64,000 nt of DNA from Podospora anserina (lineage: Eukaryota): positions 2,170,001 to 2,234,000 of the forward strand of contig CM030338.1 of assembly GCA_017654855.1 (NCBI GenBank), given 5' to 3'. Under the pieces are notes generated by a model. The model was given only the letters and a program-made list of their open reading frames with translations, had not been told where the DNA came from and did not search any database. Position numbers and translations under genes: made by a program. Shown in pieces: positions 13,115 through 24,427 of the stretch (the stretch's first letter is position 1; each line of letters opens with the position of its first letter).

Positions 13115-14663
13115 CTAGTACCGGCGAAGTTTTCTGGGATCCTCGTAGCCACCGCCTTCGTACGCACGCTTCCGGGACTCGTCGTGATCTCTCGGTCTGT
13201 CGTAATCGCGGCCACCGCTGCCACCATTGTACCCACCATGGTCTCCGCGAGGTCGAACAGGCTCCATGTTGCTTCCGGATTGGCGAGGGTTGCGATCGCG
13301 GAAACCGCCGCCAGATCTGTCATCATATGAGCGTGAGCCGCCATCGCGACCTCCATACCCACCACCACCACCACCACCACCACTACCACCACCACCACCA
13401 CCACTACCACCACCACCAGGCCCATCACGACGGCCATCGCGATTGTCACGACCACCAAATCCTCCACCGGGTCCGCTAGGCGCGTTGGGGGGACCGCCAA
13501 AACCGCGATCACCACCACCAAAGCCGCGGTCACCACCTCCAGCACGACCACCGCCAAAACCACCTCCGCGGAAACCACGATCACCACCGCCGAACCCACC
13601 AGGACCGCCTCTGAATCCACGGTCACGCCCTCCCCTAAAACCACCGCCGAAGCCGCCGCGGAAACCACCACCACCAAACCCGCTGGGACCCATCGGTCTA
13701 GGCATCGCGGCCTTAGTATAGCCTCTGCCACCCAACCCGCCACCGAGACGGCGAGGTTTCCAACCCTTGACTGTGCGACCTCTCTCCACATCAACCTTGA
13801 CACGGCGGTCTCTAATTCGGAGGCCATCACACTGATCTAAAGCAGCTATTTCAAGCATGCGCCAAAGGCGCATTTGTTAGTCACGCCTTACCACGGGAAA
13901 AGAGTTACCTTGAAGGCAGTATAAACGATGCGGAGGGGAAGGAAGGAAAGGGGATGCTGTTGCGAGGCAGGCATTCTTGAGCGCCGTGACTCCTGAACAC
14001 AAGCACCCGTCGAACATGATGATGAAGGATGGTTTGAATGTGGGCAATATTACCTCTCATGTCTTTCTCTCGCTCGTACACAACAAACGCGTAGCCGCGG
14101 TGCGGCTTTGGCTTCTTGTTGGGCTTCTCATGGGCATGGGTGTCGCGGACGATGCGGATCTGTTTGCTCTAGGTCAGCATACGTTTTGTTTCCTCGTGGG
14201 AGTATAGTAGATAGCAACATACACGCTCAATGGGGCCAAAGCGGCCAAACTCGCGCTCAAGGTCCTTTTCATCGGCATTGTAGTCAAGACGCGCCACAAT
14301 CAGCGTCTTGAAGGCATCGCCACGGATGTTGGGGTCCTCGTTTGGCTTGTCTAAACATCAGTTAGCATGCTGTAACAATAAAACCCATGGGCGAGGTGGC
14401 CGACAGTTGAGGGGACCCTCGGTCAGGAGCTTCTCGAGAGCTTCCTTCTTCTCGCGTTGCTTGCGGTCGCGCGCCTCGAGCCAGCTTTCGGTCGGGGTGT
14501 ATGGGATCTCCTTGTATTCCTCCATGGCTGGGAGAAAGTCGGCAACACCAGAGATTGTCGCTGTCTTTCGCTGCTCGGGGGCCTTATCGCAGGGCGGCAC
14601 CCATCGCAGAGGTGGGCGCGGCGTGAAGAGCGCCAGCAAATTGGGCGGGAGTCGGTCGGTCAT
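13115..14663 (-). CDS. SNP1: U1 snRNP 70-kDa protein; introns 14351-14404, 14160-14222, 13846-14053
   Basis: [20 protein letters not shown]-terminus; spliced [84 protein letters not shown]-rich tail. Confidence 0.95.
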
Positions 14664-15069
14664 CGCTGCGACGACTGAGGTGGTTGTTGTTTTGTTGTTG
14701 TGATTCCTTCTCGGCGAAAATCACAAAAGCGGGTCTTTGGGAGAATACCAACCCAGAGTCCCAGCTTGGTCAATGGAATCGGCAAGCGCAGTGTTTCCCG
14801 TTGCGCTGAAAGAGATGATAAATATTATGAGAAGTCGCGTGAGAGTTGAAATGGGGATTTGAGAATCACAACAAGCTGCCTTCTTGTCAACATCCTCAAA
14901 AAATGTGAACCGTGCATCACCCACGTCCACCCAATCGCAACCCGTTTCTCACCCAAAAACCCCCCACTTATTTTTCCCAGGGTCACTTTTCTGCCGACCT
15001 GCCCCGAGTCGCAACCAATTCCCACCCGCAGGTGATGCTCTTCTCGCTGCGAAGACGACGTCGGCGACC

Positions 15070-15606
15070 ATGGCGGTAAAAGCACTTCATGCGATCTCCC
15101 AAGGCCGGGTATGTCCCCTTTCCCTCTATTTCCCCCCCTCCTACCCACAGCTAACCTTCCCAACAGAACGGCGTAGGAGCCTTCATCCTCCAATGCAAAA
15201 GGATAGACCTCCACTACTGCGACTGGGCCGGTAGCTCTCGAGGCATGAAGTACGTCCCTTTCCCCCCCCCCCTCCCCCTTGCCTTCCCACCCATATACTA
15301 ACCCCCCCTCCCAGCGGCTTCATCAAATCCCTCCTCCCCAAATTCGCCGCCGCCCACCCCGAAATCGAATTCACCGTCTCCCCCCGCCCCGCCAAACACC
15401 CCGTCGCCATCGGCCACTACATCAACGGCCGCTCCAAGCCCATCTGCGTCCGCAACATGGAGCCCTACGAGATCCTGAAGAAGCTCGAGCTCCTCCGCGA
15501 CGCCAGCGGTGAGAAGCTCAAAAAGGTCACCAAGCCCGTCCGGTCCATCAACGAGTCCGTCAGAGGGATCTGGTCCCCGTACCACGGCAACGGTATGCCT
15601 TTGTAA
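15070..15606 (+). CDS. MRPL51: Mitochondrial ribosomal protein mL43 (MrpL51); introns 15109-15165, 15250-15314
   Basis: Spliced product MAVKALHAISQGR|NGVGAFILQCKRIDLHYCDWAGSSRGMN|GFIKSLLPKFAAAHPEIEF..RPAKHP..YINGRSKPICVRN..SINESVRGIWSPYHG. Not shown in the ORF track. Confidence 0.93.
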
Positions 15607-16306
15607 ATTACTTTGTGTGTGGTTGCTGTGGCGGGTTGGGAATGGGAAATGGGTGCCTGTATGAAAGATATATCACAATGGCAACGGCGTATATGGGCTG
15701 GTTGGTTTGGACTCTTCTTCTGGAAAAAGTCCAAATATGTACAAAAACGATATCATTATCCAAACCGGGAGATGCATACTGGGTTCAAATTTATGATTTT
15801 ATGCGTTTACTCTTCACTCCGTGTGCAACTGTCGACCCATGTTCCCTAGTCGTTCAATGCTCTGTACTTTTACATGACTGAATAACACACACTGAACGCA
15901 TAGAACATGATGGAATAGGGTCTGAAACAAACACAATACATTAATGCCTTGGCAGGACGACGTCATGTGTCTTTGTGCCTTCAATACATGTAAATTTCAT
16001 CCTGGATATATACGTTGAGGTATTAATAGGGTTATAGAAACGATGGATAGGCATAGTTCTACCTTGAAAAGACCTATTATGGCGAGGCCAAACACCGATG
16101 GAGTCTTCAAGCACCATTATCAGGTTAGGCAGACCTCTCACGTGCCTTGGCAAGTATTTAAACAGTTAAAATTGGTATTTGTCATAGAGTAGGTAGAGTA
16201 GCGGTCTTTCATCACACTCATCTATATCCTCGCTAGCTCCTTTTTAGTCCTAAAAATCCCGTATAAGCCCACGCTAATTCCCAATAAAACGGACAGTGCC
16301 GCGCGC

Positions 16307-17260
16307 TCACTGGTTGGAGTTGATGATGTCGACGACTGTTGATAATTGTCAGCACAAAACTTCTCCGCGATGAGCAGGAGTAACTTACACTCGGGCTTCA
16401 AGCTGGCACCGCCAACAAGGAAACCATCAATATCCGGCTGCTTAGCCAAGTCCTTGCTGTTCTTAGCAGTGACCGAGCCACCATACAAAATACGGGTCTC
16501 GTCAGCAACAGCGTCGGAAACCTTGGCCTTGAGCCACTTGCGGATAGCAGCATGCACCTCCTGGGCCTGCTCAGTGGTGGCAACCTTGCCAGTACCAATA
16601 GCCCAGATGGGCTCATAGGCAATGACAATCTTCTTCCAGTCATCCCCAGAGAGCTTGGCGGCAAGAGCAGCAAGCTGCTTCTCGACAACAGCAACAGTGT
16701 TGCCAGCCTCGCGCTCCTCAAGGGACTCGCCGCAGCACCAAATCACGCTGAGACCACCGTCAATGGCAGCCTTGGTCTTGTCGGCGACATTCTCGTCAGA
16801 CTCGCCGCCGGCTCTGCGCTCCGAGTGGCCGGTGATGGTCCAGTTCAGGCCGAGATCCTTAAGCTGGGAGACCGAGACCTCGCCGGTGTGGGCGCCGTTG
16901 GGCTTGGCGTAGACGTTCTGGGCCGAGACGGAGACGGTGCTGGCGGTGACGGCATCGACGGCGATGGGGAGGTAGAGGTGGGATGGGGCGATGACGACCT
17001 CTACGGCAGGGATTAGCTAACTTCGCAAACGGAGAGCGCGTGTCAGCAAAGACAAAAGCAGTGACATACCAACGCTGGGGTCCAATTGAGCCTCGTTGAG
17101 GTTCTTGATGATGGCCTTGATGGACTCCTTGGTGCCATTCCTATGTGTGGTCCGATCAGTCTCCGAGCTCTCTCTCTCGCACCGCGGGGTTTTGGGGGAT
17201 ATGGCGGGGTAGTTGAACTTACATCTTGAAGTTGCCGCCGACGAAGAACTTGCGAGCCAT
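16307..17260 (-). CDS. TPI1: Triosephosphate isomerase; introns 17141-17222, 17001-17069, 16336-16388
   Basis: MARKFFVGGNFKM|NG, AQNVY..GAHTGE, GHSERR, IAYEPIWAIGTGK, ILYGGSV, DGFLVGGASLKPE|FVDIINSNQ*. Confidence 0.98.
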
Positions 17261-18203
17261 GTTGGGCGATTGTTATGTATTGACTACTGGCGTTTGGGTA
17301 TAAAGTGTAGCTTGATGCAAAGAAAAATGCGTCTTTTAGGGTATCTCGAGAGTGCTGTGGTTGTTGAGGGAGCGTTGTTGAGAGCTGACGGGAGGTGAGG
17401 GTATTTGAAGCTAAGCTTGACTAGGGGGGGGGGGTCCAGGATCGTCTGAAGGTGGGATGGAACCCGGGCGGGATGCTTGGAAGCTGCGGGGGCCCTTGGT
17501 GCAAGAACCAGCTCCAAACAGCCCACCACGCCGTGGACGAGCAATTCAGGAGCGTTGTACATCATTTCATCGGCAGGAACCAGCAGATACGGATGCTAGA
17601 TAGATTCTGATCTGAGGACTATTGGATTCCATGGAGGCATCACCATCCCATATCTCATACCCATTAACCATATGTGAGCGGTCTCTACATGGCTTTGATG
17701 GCTTGAGGTACTTCAATACCTGGTATTTTGTCCCCTGTGTGCTCACTCCCGTTACGTCCGCGTTCCCCCCATTACCGGCAGGGTCTCACAAAAAGTTGAT
17801 GTCACACGGGATGAGCCTTTTGAAGTCCATAGTGTTGGGAACATGCAGCCAAATGTATTTTTGGTGTCATCTCTATTATGTACGCACGGCACTCGCTGCC
17901 GCATATGTTATCTGACCGAGCCCTTGCCTCTCAACCTCTCACCACCAGCTGGTCTGCTTTCTACTTTTCCGTGTGATTGCCATGAGTCCTCCGGCTTTAG
18001 CAAAACCAGGAGCGTCATGGTATTCCGTCATCACCGGTGCCAAGAACTCATTCTAGTCTCCGTTACTGGACACCGGCTATTGGGTCTCCACAACGGCCGG
18101 ACAAGACCGGACTACCGGTTCGTTGCCCTGCCGGGTCCTCCATCCATATGTCAAGCATGTCAACCTGCCTCAACTTTTGTCCCCTTCGCCGCCGTACCTT
18201 GAT

Positions 18204-19372
18204 TTAGCGCCTGAAACCTGGTCTCCGCTGAGGTGTCCGGTTTCTTTTGAGAAGAGCCTCCTTCGCGTTGATAGACTGCTTCTTGGCCTTGGGCGCAAGT
18301 TTCTCGCTGCCTCGTTTTACCTCGACGCGATACACGGTAGATCCCACCCGTTGATCGCGAGGAAGCTTGGGTCCACGGAGAAGTGCAGCCACCTGGTCTA
18401 CCTTTCTCCTCTTGTTGTTTGCGCCAGAATTATCTTCATGAGACTCATCGTCCTCGTCATCGGACTCCAAAAGGCCCAGAGGTAAAAGTTTAGGCACCTC
18501 CCGCTTCCTCTTTTCAGCCGGAGCTGGCGTTGGCTCTTCCAGCTCATCCTCCGAGTCAGCTTCTACAACCGGCTTCTTGGCCTGCTTTCTCTCCTTAGCC
18601 TGCTGTTTGAGGAACGCATCACGCTCTTGTCTCTTCCGCTTTGCGGCAGCTTCTTGTCTGTGTATAAAGTTAGCAAGTCGAACATTCTGTAAAATTGAGG
18701 TGTGACATACTCTTCAACAGCTTTCGCAGCAGCTTCAGCAGCCTTGGTGGTCTGAGCTTCAGCAACGCGCGTCGAAACAGCCTCTGGGGCCTCGTCATCC
18801 GACTCGTCCTCTGATTCCTCCTCATCTTCTTCCTTGGCAGCTTCTTCCTTCGCAGTCTCGGCCTTGATCTGGAGCTCCAAGGGGTTTCTCCTTGGTGCCT
18901 CGCTGGGGGTGACAAAATCCTCCTGGTCACTGTCGTTGAATGTGATGTGTCTGCGCTCCATTGGTGTCTTAAAAACCTCGTGGCCGCTCTCCTCTCCGCT
19001 CTCATCATCACCGCTAGCCTTTTTCCGCAACAAGGATGATGATGGCAGTGGAATCTCAATGCTGACATGCTTGTGCTTAACTGAGCCAGTCCCCTTGGAC
19101 CGGAGAGTCATTTTTGAGCTTAACGGTGTGGAGTTCATGTCTTGTTGTGGCTGATTCTCAGTCTTGTCTGTCTTGTACTTGATGCCGACGACCTTTAGGA
19201 GCGGTTGCTCATAATCACCTGTGTGAGCTGGCTTCTCCTGTGGCGCGTTTTCGACGGATGGGATTTGCTGAGGCTTAGTCTCGACCGTCTCTGGCTCAGA
19301 GTCTGATGATAACTCAATGACATCAGCCACAGGTTTGGCGGCCTGCTTGGTGTTGGTCGGTTCCCGTGCCAT
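18204..19372 (-). CDS. Probable U3 snoRNA-associated nucleolar protein (Utp16/Bud21-like); intron 18658-18710
   Basis: RRHITFNDSD, acidic ESDDEAPEAVS motif followed by charged helix E|QEAAAKRKRQERDAFLKQQAKERK, PKLLPLGLLESDDE, basic C-terminus. The family call is from motif recall only. Confidence 0.65.
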
Positions 19373-19870
19373 TTTCTTTTCAATGCCAAGATTGTGATTT
19401 TGAGTGGTGACTGAAGTGAGTTTGACGTTGGCTGGGTTTATCTCAGAAGGTAAGTTTTCTGGCCGTCCAAGGTGGTTTGATCTGGAAGTCAATCTCGTCA
19501 AAAGATGGGTGTATAGAAAGGCGAAACGTCGAGGGTGAGGTTGTTGCTGTTTATTGAAGGAATCAGTTCTTAGAAAAGAAGCAGACAGCCGTTCACACTC
19601 TAAACTTTTTTTCCTTTGCACGCTGGCACCTGATTGGTCAGCTTTCTCCTGTCTGGTGGACCCGCATTTCCGGACCCCTGCTTCATAACTAATAATGAAC
19701 ATCTCAACACCACGACACAACCACTGTTACTATTTGCAGCACCTGTTGTGCTTGTCTCTCATTTCAAGAGATTTGGGTTGTTTTCCAATTCTTCTTGCTT
19801 ACAATAGAATACAAGTTCTTCATCACCACTACCTAAACTCACCAGCCTCATTGAAGCTCACCCACTCACC

Positions 19871-21269
19871 ATGGCTCTGCCCGTTACATCCATCATGATG
19901 CCACGAGCCTTTCTAGCAGCGGCAAGACCATTACAGCGGATACTAGTTGGGGCTTCTAGCCGGACACATATACCACCATTTCCCGGACACCATACACAAC
20001 AAGTTCGCCAGATTCGATACCGCCTAGCTAAGCGGGAGGATGCCAATCCAAAACTTCTTTTCACAGGCGAGGACATCCCTTCACTGGATGTATGGGATCG
20101 TTTAAGTGAAAGGGCGATCACTCGACGGATTCCCCCAGAAATTACCTCTGAGCAGATGTATGAAGCGGTACGCTCATACTGTTCCATTGCAATTCACAAT
20201 AACGACTCCTGGCAGCCAAGGTTACAAAGTGGTATGCATCTCAAGAGAAGAAGAAGCCACAAGCAAATACTAACACCCCACCACAGAATTCGGAATCGAG
20301 CCCATCGTGCTTCATTACGCAGCCATCAGCCTCTGGCCCCTAAGCGATCACAAACTATGCATCCACATGCTATCCACCGCCTCCTCCCTAGGCTACCACC
20401 CCTCCACCGTCTCCGTGATGTTCTTCCTCTCCCAAATAAGCGACTTCTTCGACGCCCGTCTCAAGCCACCCTTCCGCGACATCAGCGCCCGCTTCAGGCT
20501 CCTCTCCCGAACCAGCAGAGACCCCGACATCCTCACCGTCCAAGGCCTCATCGCCCTTCGAGAAGACGACCAAGACGCCGCGCTTCGTTTCTTCGAGCAG
20601 GCCGTCATCGCCGCTGAGAAGGGCACCGGTATCCTGCCCCCCCTCGTACCAGGCGACTTCGTCTCCGATGGGGACACCAAGGAAGTCCCCGGCCGCCCCC
20701 TCCGGTTCTCCTACGAAAAGTCCTGCTACTACAACCTGGGTCGGCTCTACAGGAGAAACGGTCAGACTGCAAAGGCACGCGATGCGTTCGTCATCGCCGC
20801 CGCAGACCTCCGACATATCCCCGCGCTGGTTGATCATGCGAGAATGGTAGAGTTGGGGCAAACAGCCGAGGAGAACAAGTACAGGGAGGTTTTGCTGGTA
20901 TCAGGCGCCAAGATGGGCAACGTTAAGGCGTTCAGGCAGATGGTGGTGGATTTGTTGATCAAGTACGAGAATCCGGAGAAATACAGCCCCAAGGAGTTCA
21001 AGGAGGATCCTGTTGATGTGAGGGTGATTTGGGAGTGGTGCATTCTTACGCTGGGCCTGGGTCGGACAAACGGCCCGTTCGCGTTTGCCGATAAGGACGA
21101 GTTTGAGCGGGTTCACAACGCTATCAGGGGCAACCGGGCCAGGATGAGTCTGGTCGAGCAGGATGCAGAGACTGAGGAGGTGACATTGGCGATTTGGGTC
21201 TACCCTTCTAAAATAGCAAACTTGGGGAACCTTACCGGGGAGCCTGAGAGATTTGATATCACAATATAA
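19871..21269 (+). CDS. Uncharacterised protein with predicted mitochondrial presequence and TPR/Sel1-like helices; intron 20232-20286
   Basis: Two ORFs joined in frame by a GTATGC..CTAAC..CAG intron. Arg-rich, acid-free N-terminus; helical repeats GLIALREDDQDAALRFFEQA and YYNLGRLYRRNGQTAKARDAF. Confidence 0.75.
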
Positions 21270-21424
21270 GTCTTGCTACCTTCCACATCTGATGATGCCT
21301 TGTCTTTTTGCTTTCAATCTCTTTCATATTCAACTCCAAACGCCATGCTTTGAAGACCAAATCTCACCGGACAAGACATCGCCTCCGATCATAATCTGCC
21401 AGCAATTTTCATTTTCTCGACCGC

Positions 21425-22309
21425 TCAACGCCTATCCCCACGGTCCTCATCATCATAATCGTCCCGATCGCTTCCGCCTCTCCTCTCTGGGTACCTGTCC
21501 CGGCTAATGCTCCGCTCCCTGTACCTATCCCGGCCACCATCCCGCCCTTTCGGTATCTCCTGACTGACACTCCGCTCCCTATACCTGTCCCGGCTAACAC
21601 TCCTCTCCCTATACCTCTCCCGACTACCACTCCGCTCCCTATACCTCTCCCGACTACCACTCCGCTCCCTATACCGCTCTCCACTCGGGCTCCTCTCCCG
21701 GTACCTCTCCCGACTGTCCTCCCTTTCCCTCTCACCACCCCTCTCCTTCCTCCTCTCCCTCTCCCTCGGCGGAGCCCTATCTCTCACAGCCTCCTCCTCC
21801 TGTCTCACCACCCCCTCACCCATACCCCCTCTCTTCCTCTCCCCCTGCCTCCTCCAATGCCCCCCCTCCTCATAATCCTTACTAATTCTCAACGCCTGCC
21901 TCAACCGTTCACTCTCCTTCATCTTGGCATCTGCCAATTCATGAACCTGAAAACTCTTGATATTCCTCCTCGGCCCTACCCCAGTCCCCCCTCCCTTTTC
22001 CGCCTCTTTCTTCAGTTTCTCTCTTAGCTCGTCACATTTCTCGTCGATTTGCTCCTCTGTCAATTCCCCTGCTTCTTCAAGTTCGTCGCGGAGAGCAAAG
22101 ACCTTGACTTCAATCTGTCGTTTGCGGTCGTGGTCGAGGAGGCCTTGGTCGGGTTTGCGTTGGGTTTGGAGGGAGGAAGTTGGGGGAGGGGGGCGGGAGT
22201 AGGGACTGAGGCGGGAGGATTGGTGGTGGTGGGGGTGGGCGAGGTTGCGCTGGACGTAGCCTGATGTGCCTGAGCCGCGGGGAGTGGAGAGGCCTACGTT
22301 GTCGGACAT
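21425..22309 (-). CDS. CWC21: Pre-mRNA splicing factor Cwc21 (SRRM2 N-terminal homologue)
   Basis: [73 protein letters not shown]-rich tail. Confidence 0.95.
   Translation of the reverse strand: MSDNVGLSTPRGSGTSGYVQRNLAHPHHHQSSRLSPYSRPPPPTSSLQTQRKPDQGLLDHDRKRQIEVKVFALRDELEEAGELTEEQIDEKCDELREKLKKEAEKGGGTGVGPRRNIKSFQVHELADAKMKESERLRQALRISKDYEEGGHWRRQGERKRGGMGEGVVRQEEEAVRDRAPPRERERRKERGGEREREDSRERYRERSPSGERYRERSGSRERYRERSGSRERYRERSVSRDRYRERSVSQEIPKGRDGGRDRYRERSISRDRYPERRGGSDRDDYDDEDRGDRR
21490..21720 (-). repeat. 30-bp coding tandem repeat ([10 protein letters not shown]) in CWC21 tail
   Basis: About 6 near-identical 30-nt units, e.g. CACTCCGCTCCCTATACCTCTCCCGACTAC on the + strand. Confidence 0.85.
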
Positions 22310-22906
22310 TTTGAGGGTTGTGTTGGGTTGAGGTTGTTGGTTGAGAAAAGGGGGAAAGAGATGCGGCTCGAGACGCGACTTGGTGGTTGTGAAGGCGGTG
22401 AAGGCTTTCGAGGAAGATACTTTTGGGATTATGAAAGGTTAAAGTCCCCGGTGAGTCGTGGGTAATTCCAAATTGAATCTGAGCTCCTCAGTGTCGTATC
22501 TCAATTAAAAACGGTCGAGAGGATCGTTTGGTTGACGAAAAGGAGCTTTTCAGTCTCAAGCTGACGTTGAAAGCACCCTGAGCTTTGCGATCTTGGCGGC
22601 CGGCAGAAAACCGGCAGCGTTAGCGCGATGCGGGGCGCGTTGAGCACACCCCTGTCAATTGGCGATGTCATGTCAGTGACTCAACCCCACCATGTCCCAT
22701 CAAAAAGTAAATGCGACTGAGGGGCAACCCATCTTTTGAGGACGCATTTGGAGATTTGGAGAATCTCATGCATCTATGACTCTAACGAGTGACTCGATTT
22801 GACACTCGAAAGCTATAACATTGAACCCACAACCTTTCAACCATCAAACATTTTCAGGCCATTTTCTTCTGTCCACCCACAGCTGGTCTACTAAACAACC
22901 AACGTC

Positions 22907-24293
22907 ATGCCCGCCATCGAAGGAAAGCCGGCGCAACCGGTCGCAAACCAGGATGGCGAAATCATCTTCCCTCCTGTCACCAGGGAACACATCGTTCATT
23001 GTTCTTACGATTACTGGTTCCCCAAGTTCGCATACCACACCATTAAAGCTGTCCAGGTTCCAGAAATTAACAACGGCGCCTAGATATCGCACATCTTGTA
23101 TCCGTTCCGAAATCATCCCCCTCACCCCCGACTTCGTCTCCTACATCCACGAAGACGGCATAGTCCTCGCCGACGACCCCTCCTCCGATCCCAACCAGGA
23201 GCAAGACGAAGACGACGACTGGGAACCAACCAACCCCTCCTCCGACTTCCCACCACCCCCCCGCGACCCCCGCGATGAATCCGGCTCCGAAGACGACGAC
23301 GATGACGAACCTACCACCGCCCGCCTCCCCCCAAACCAACGCTTCCCCGAACTCCACCAGAAAATCGAGAGCACCATCGCCCAACTCGGCGGCTCCGTAG
23401 CCCCCAAGCTCAACTGGTCCTCCCCACGAGATGCCACTTGGATCTCCCGGCACCCCAACACAATAAAGTGCACCTCGGCCAACGACATTTACATCCTCCT
23501 CAAGTCCTCCTCTTTCATCTCGCACGACCTCGACCACGCCTTTGACGACTGCGCCCCTACTACCACCTCCCAGTTGTCACCACCATTTCAGCCCGTCTTG
23601 GTTCTGAGGAGTTACTTCAACATTTTGCCGTCGTTGGAATTCAGGTGTTTTGTCAAGGACAGAAACCTGGTGGCTATCACGCAGCGCGACCCGAACTACT
23701 ACCCCTTTTTGAGGAGTCTGCGGCCGCATATTGTGTCTCGAATCAGGGAGTTGTTTACAAAGAGGTTGAAGTTTACGTTTCCGGAGGCGGACTTTTCGTT
23801 TGATGTTTATATTCCTGAGGCGTCCTACGATGATGAGGTCAATCGCTTAGGGAGGGCCAGGCTGATTGATATTAACCCCTGGGCTCCAAGGACGGATACT
23901 ATTCTTTTTGGGTGGGATGAGTTGCTTGAGGTTAATGTTAAAAGGCCGGTTATTGGGGGGCCGATGTCGACGCAGGAGCAGGATGGGAGTGATGTGGAGA
24001 GTGAAAGTGATGATGATGAGGAAGGTGAGGAAGAGGATAGGCCGGAGTTGAGGTTGGTGGAGAAGGATGATCCGGCGGCGTATAACTTCTCGAGCCCGGC
24101 GTTTTCGGCGCATAAGTTGCCGAAGGATGTGGTGGATGCTAGTCAGGCTGGGGAGGGGGGGGGGATGAGGGAGTTGGCGGAGACTTTGAGGGAGTTTGAA
24201 AGGGGGAGGAGGGAGGGGGTTCAGCAGGGAGGGCAGGGGAGGGTGGAGGAGGTGACGGAGGAGCCGCGGGAGCAAGCAGGCGGGTCGGTGTAA
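22907..24293 (+). CDS. CDC123: Cdc123/D123 (eIF2 assembly factor); intron 23026-23083
   Basis: Exon 1 MPAIEG..FPPVTREHIVHCSYDYWFPK|YRTSCI; VAPKLNWSSPRDATWI, YILLKSSSFISHDL, LEFRCFVK..AITQRD, FDVYI, LIDINPW. Confidence 0.94.
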
Positions 24294-24427
24294 ATTTGAA
24301 GGGGAGTGGACGAGTTCAATCTTTGATTTTCTACTTGAGGTACAATCACGAGGGTGAATGAAAAGTGGTGCAGTCGACGACCCACAAAACTTCAGGTATA
24401 ATGTTCACTAGAACAAGGGCAGGAATC

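Noticed and set aside
12949-13830. 293-aa alternative-frame ORF and His/Pro-rich antisense ORFs over the U1-70K tail
   Set aside because: Produced by the GGT/GGC-rich RGG coding sequence, which lacks stops in other frames.
15870-15930. Possible box C/D snoRNA (CTGA..ATGATGG..CTGA)
   Set aside because: No good box C, guide segment too short and no terminal stem.
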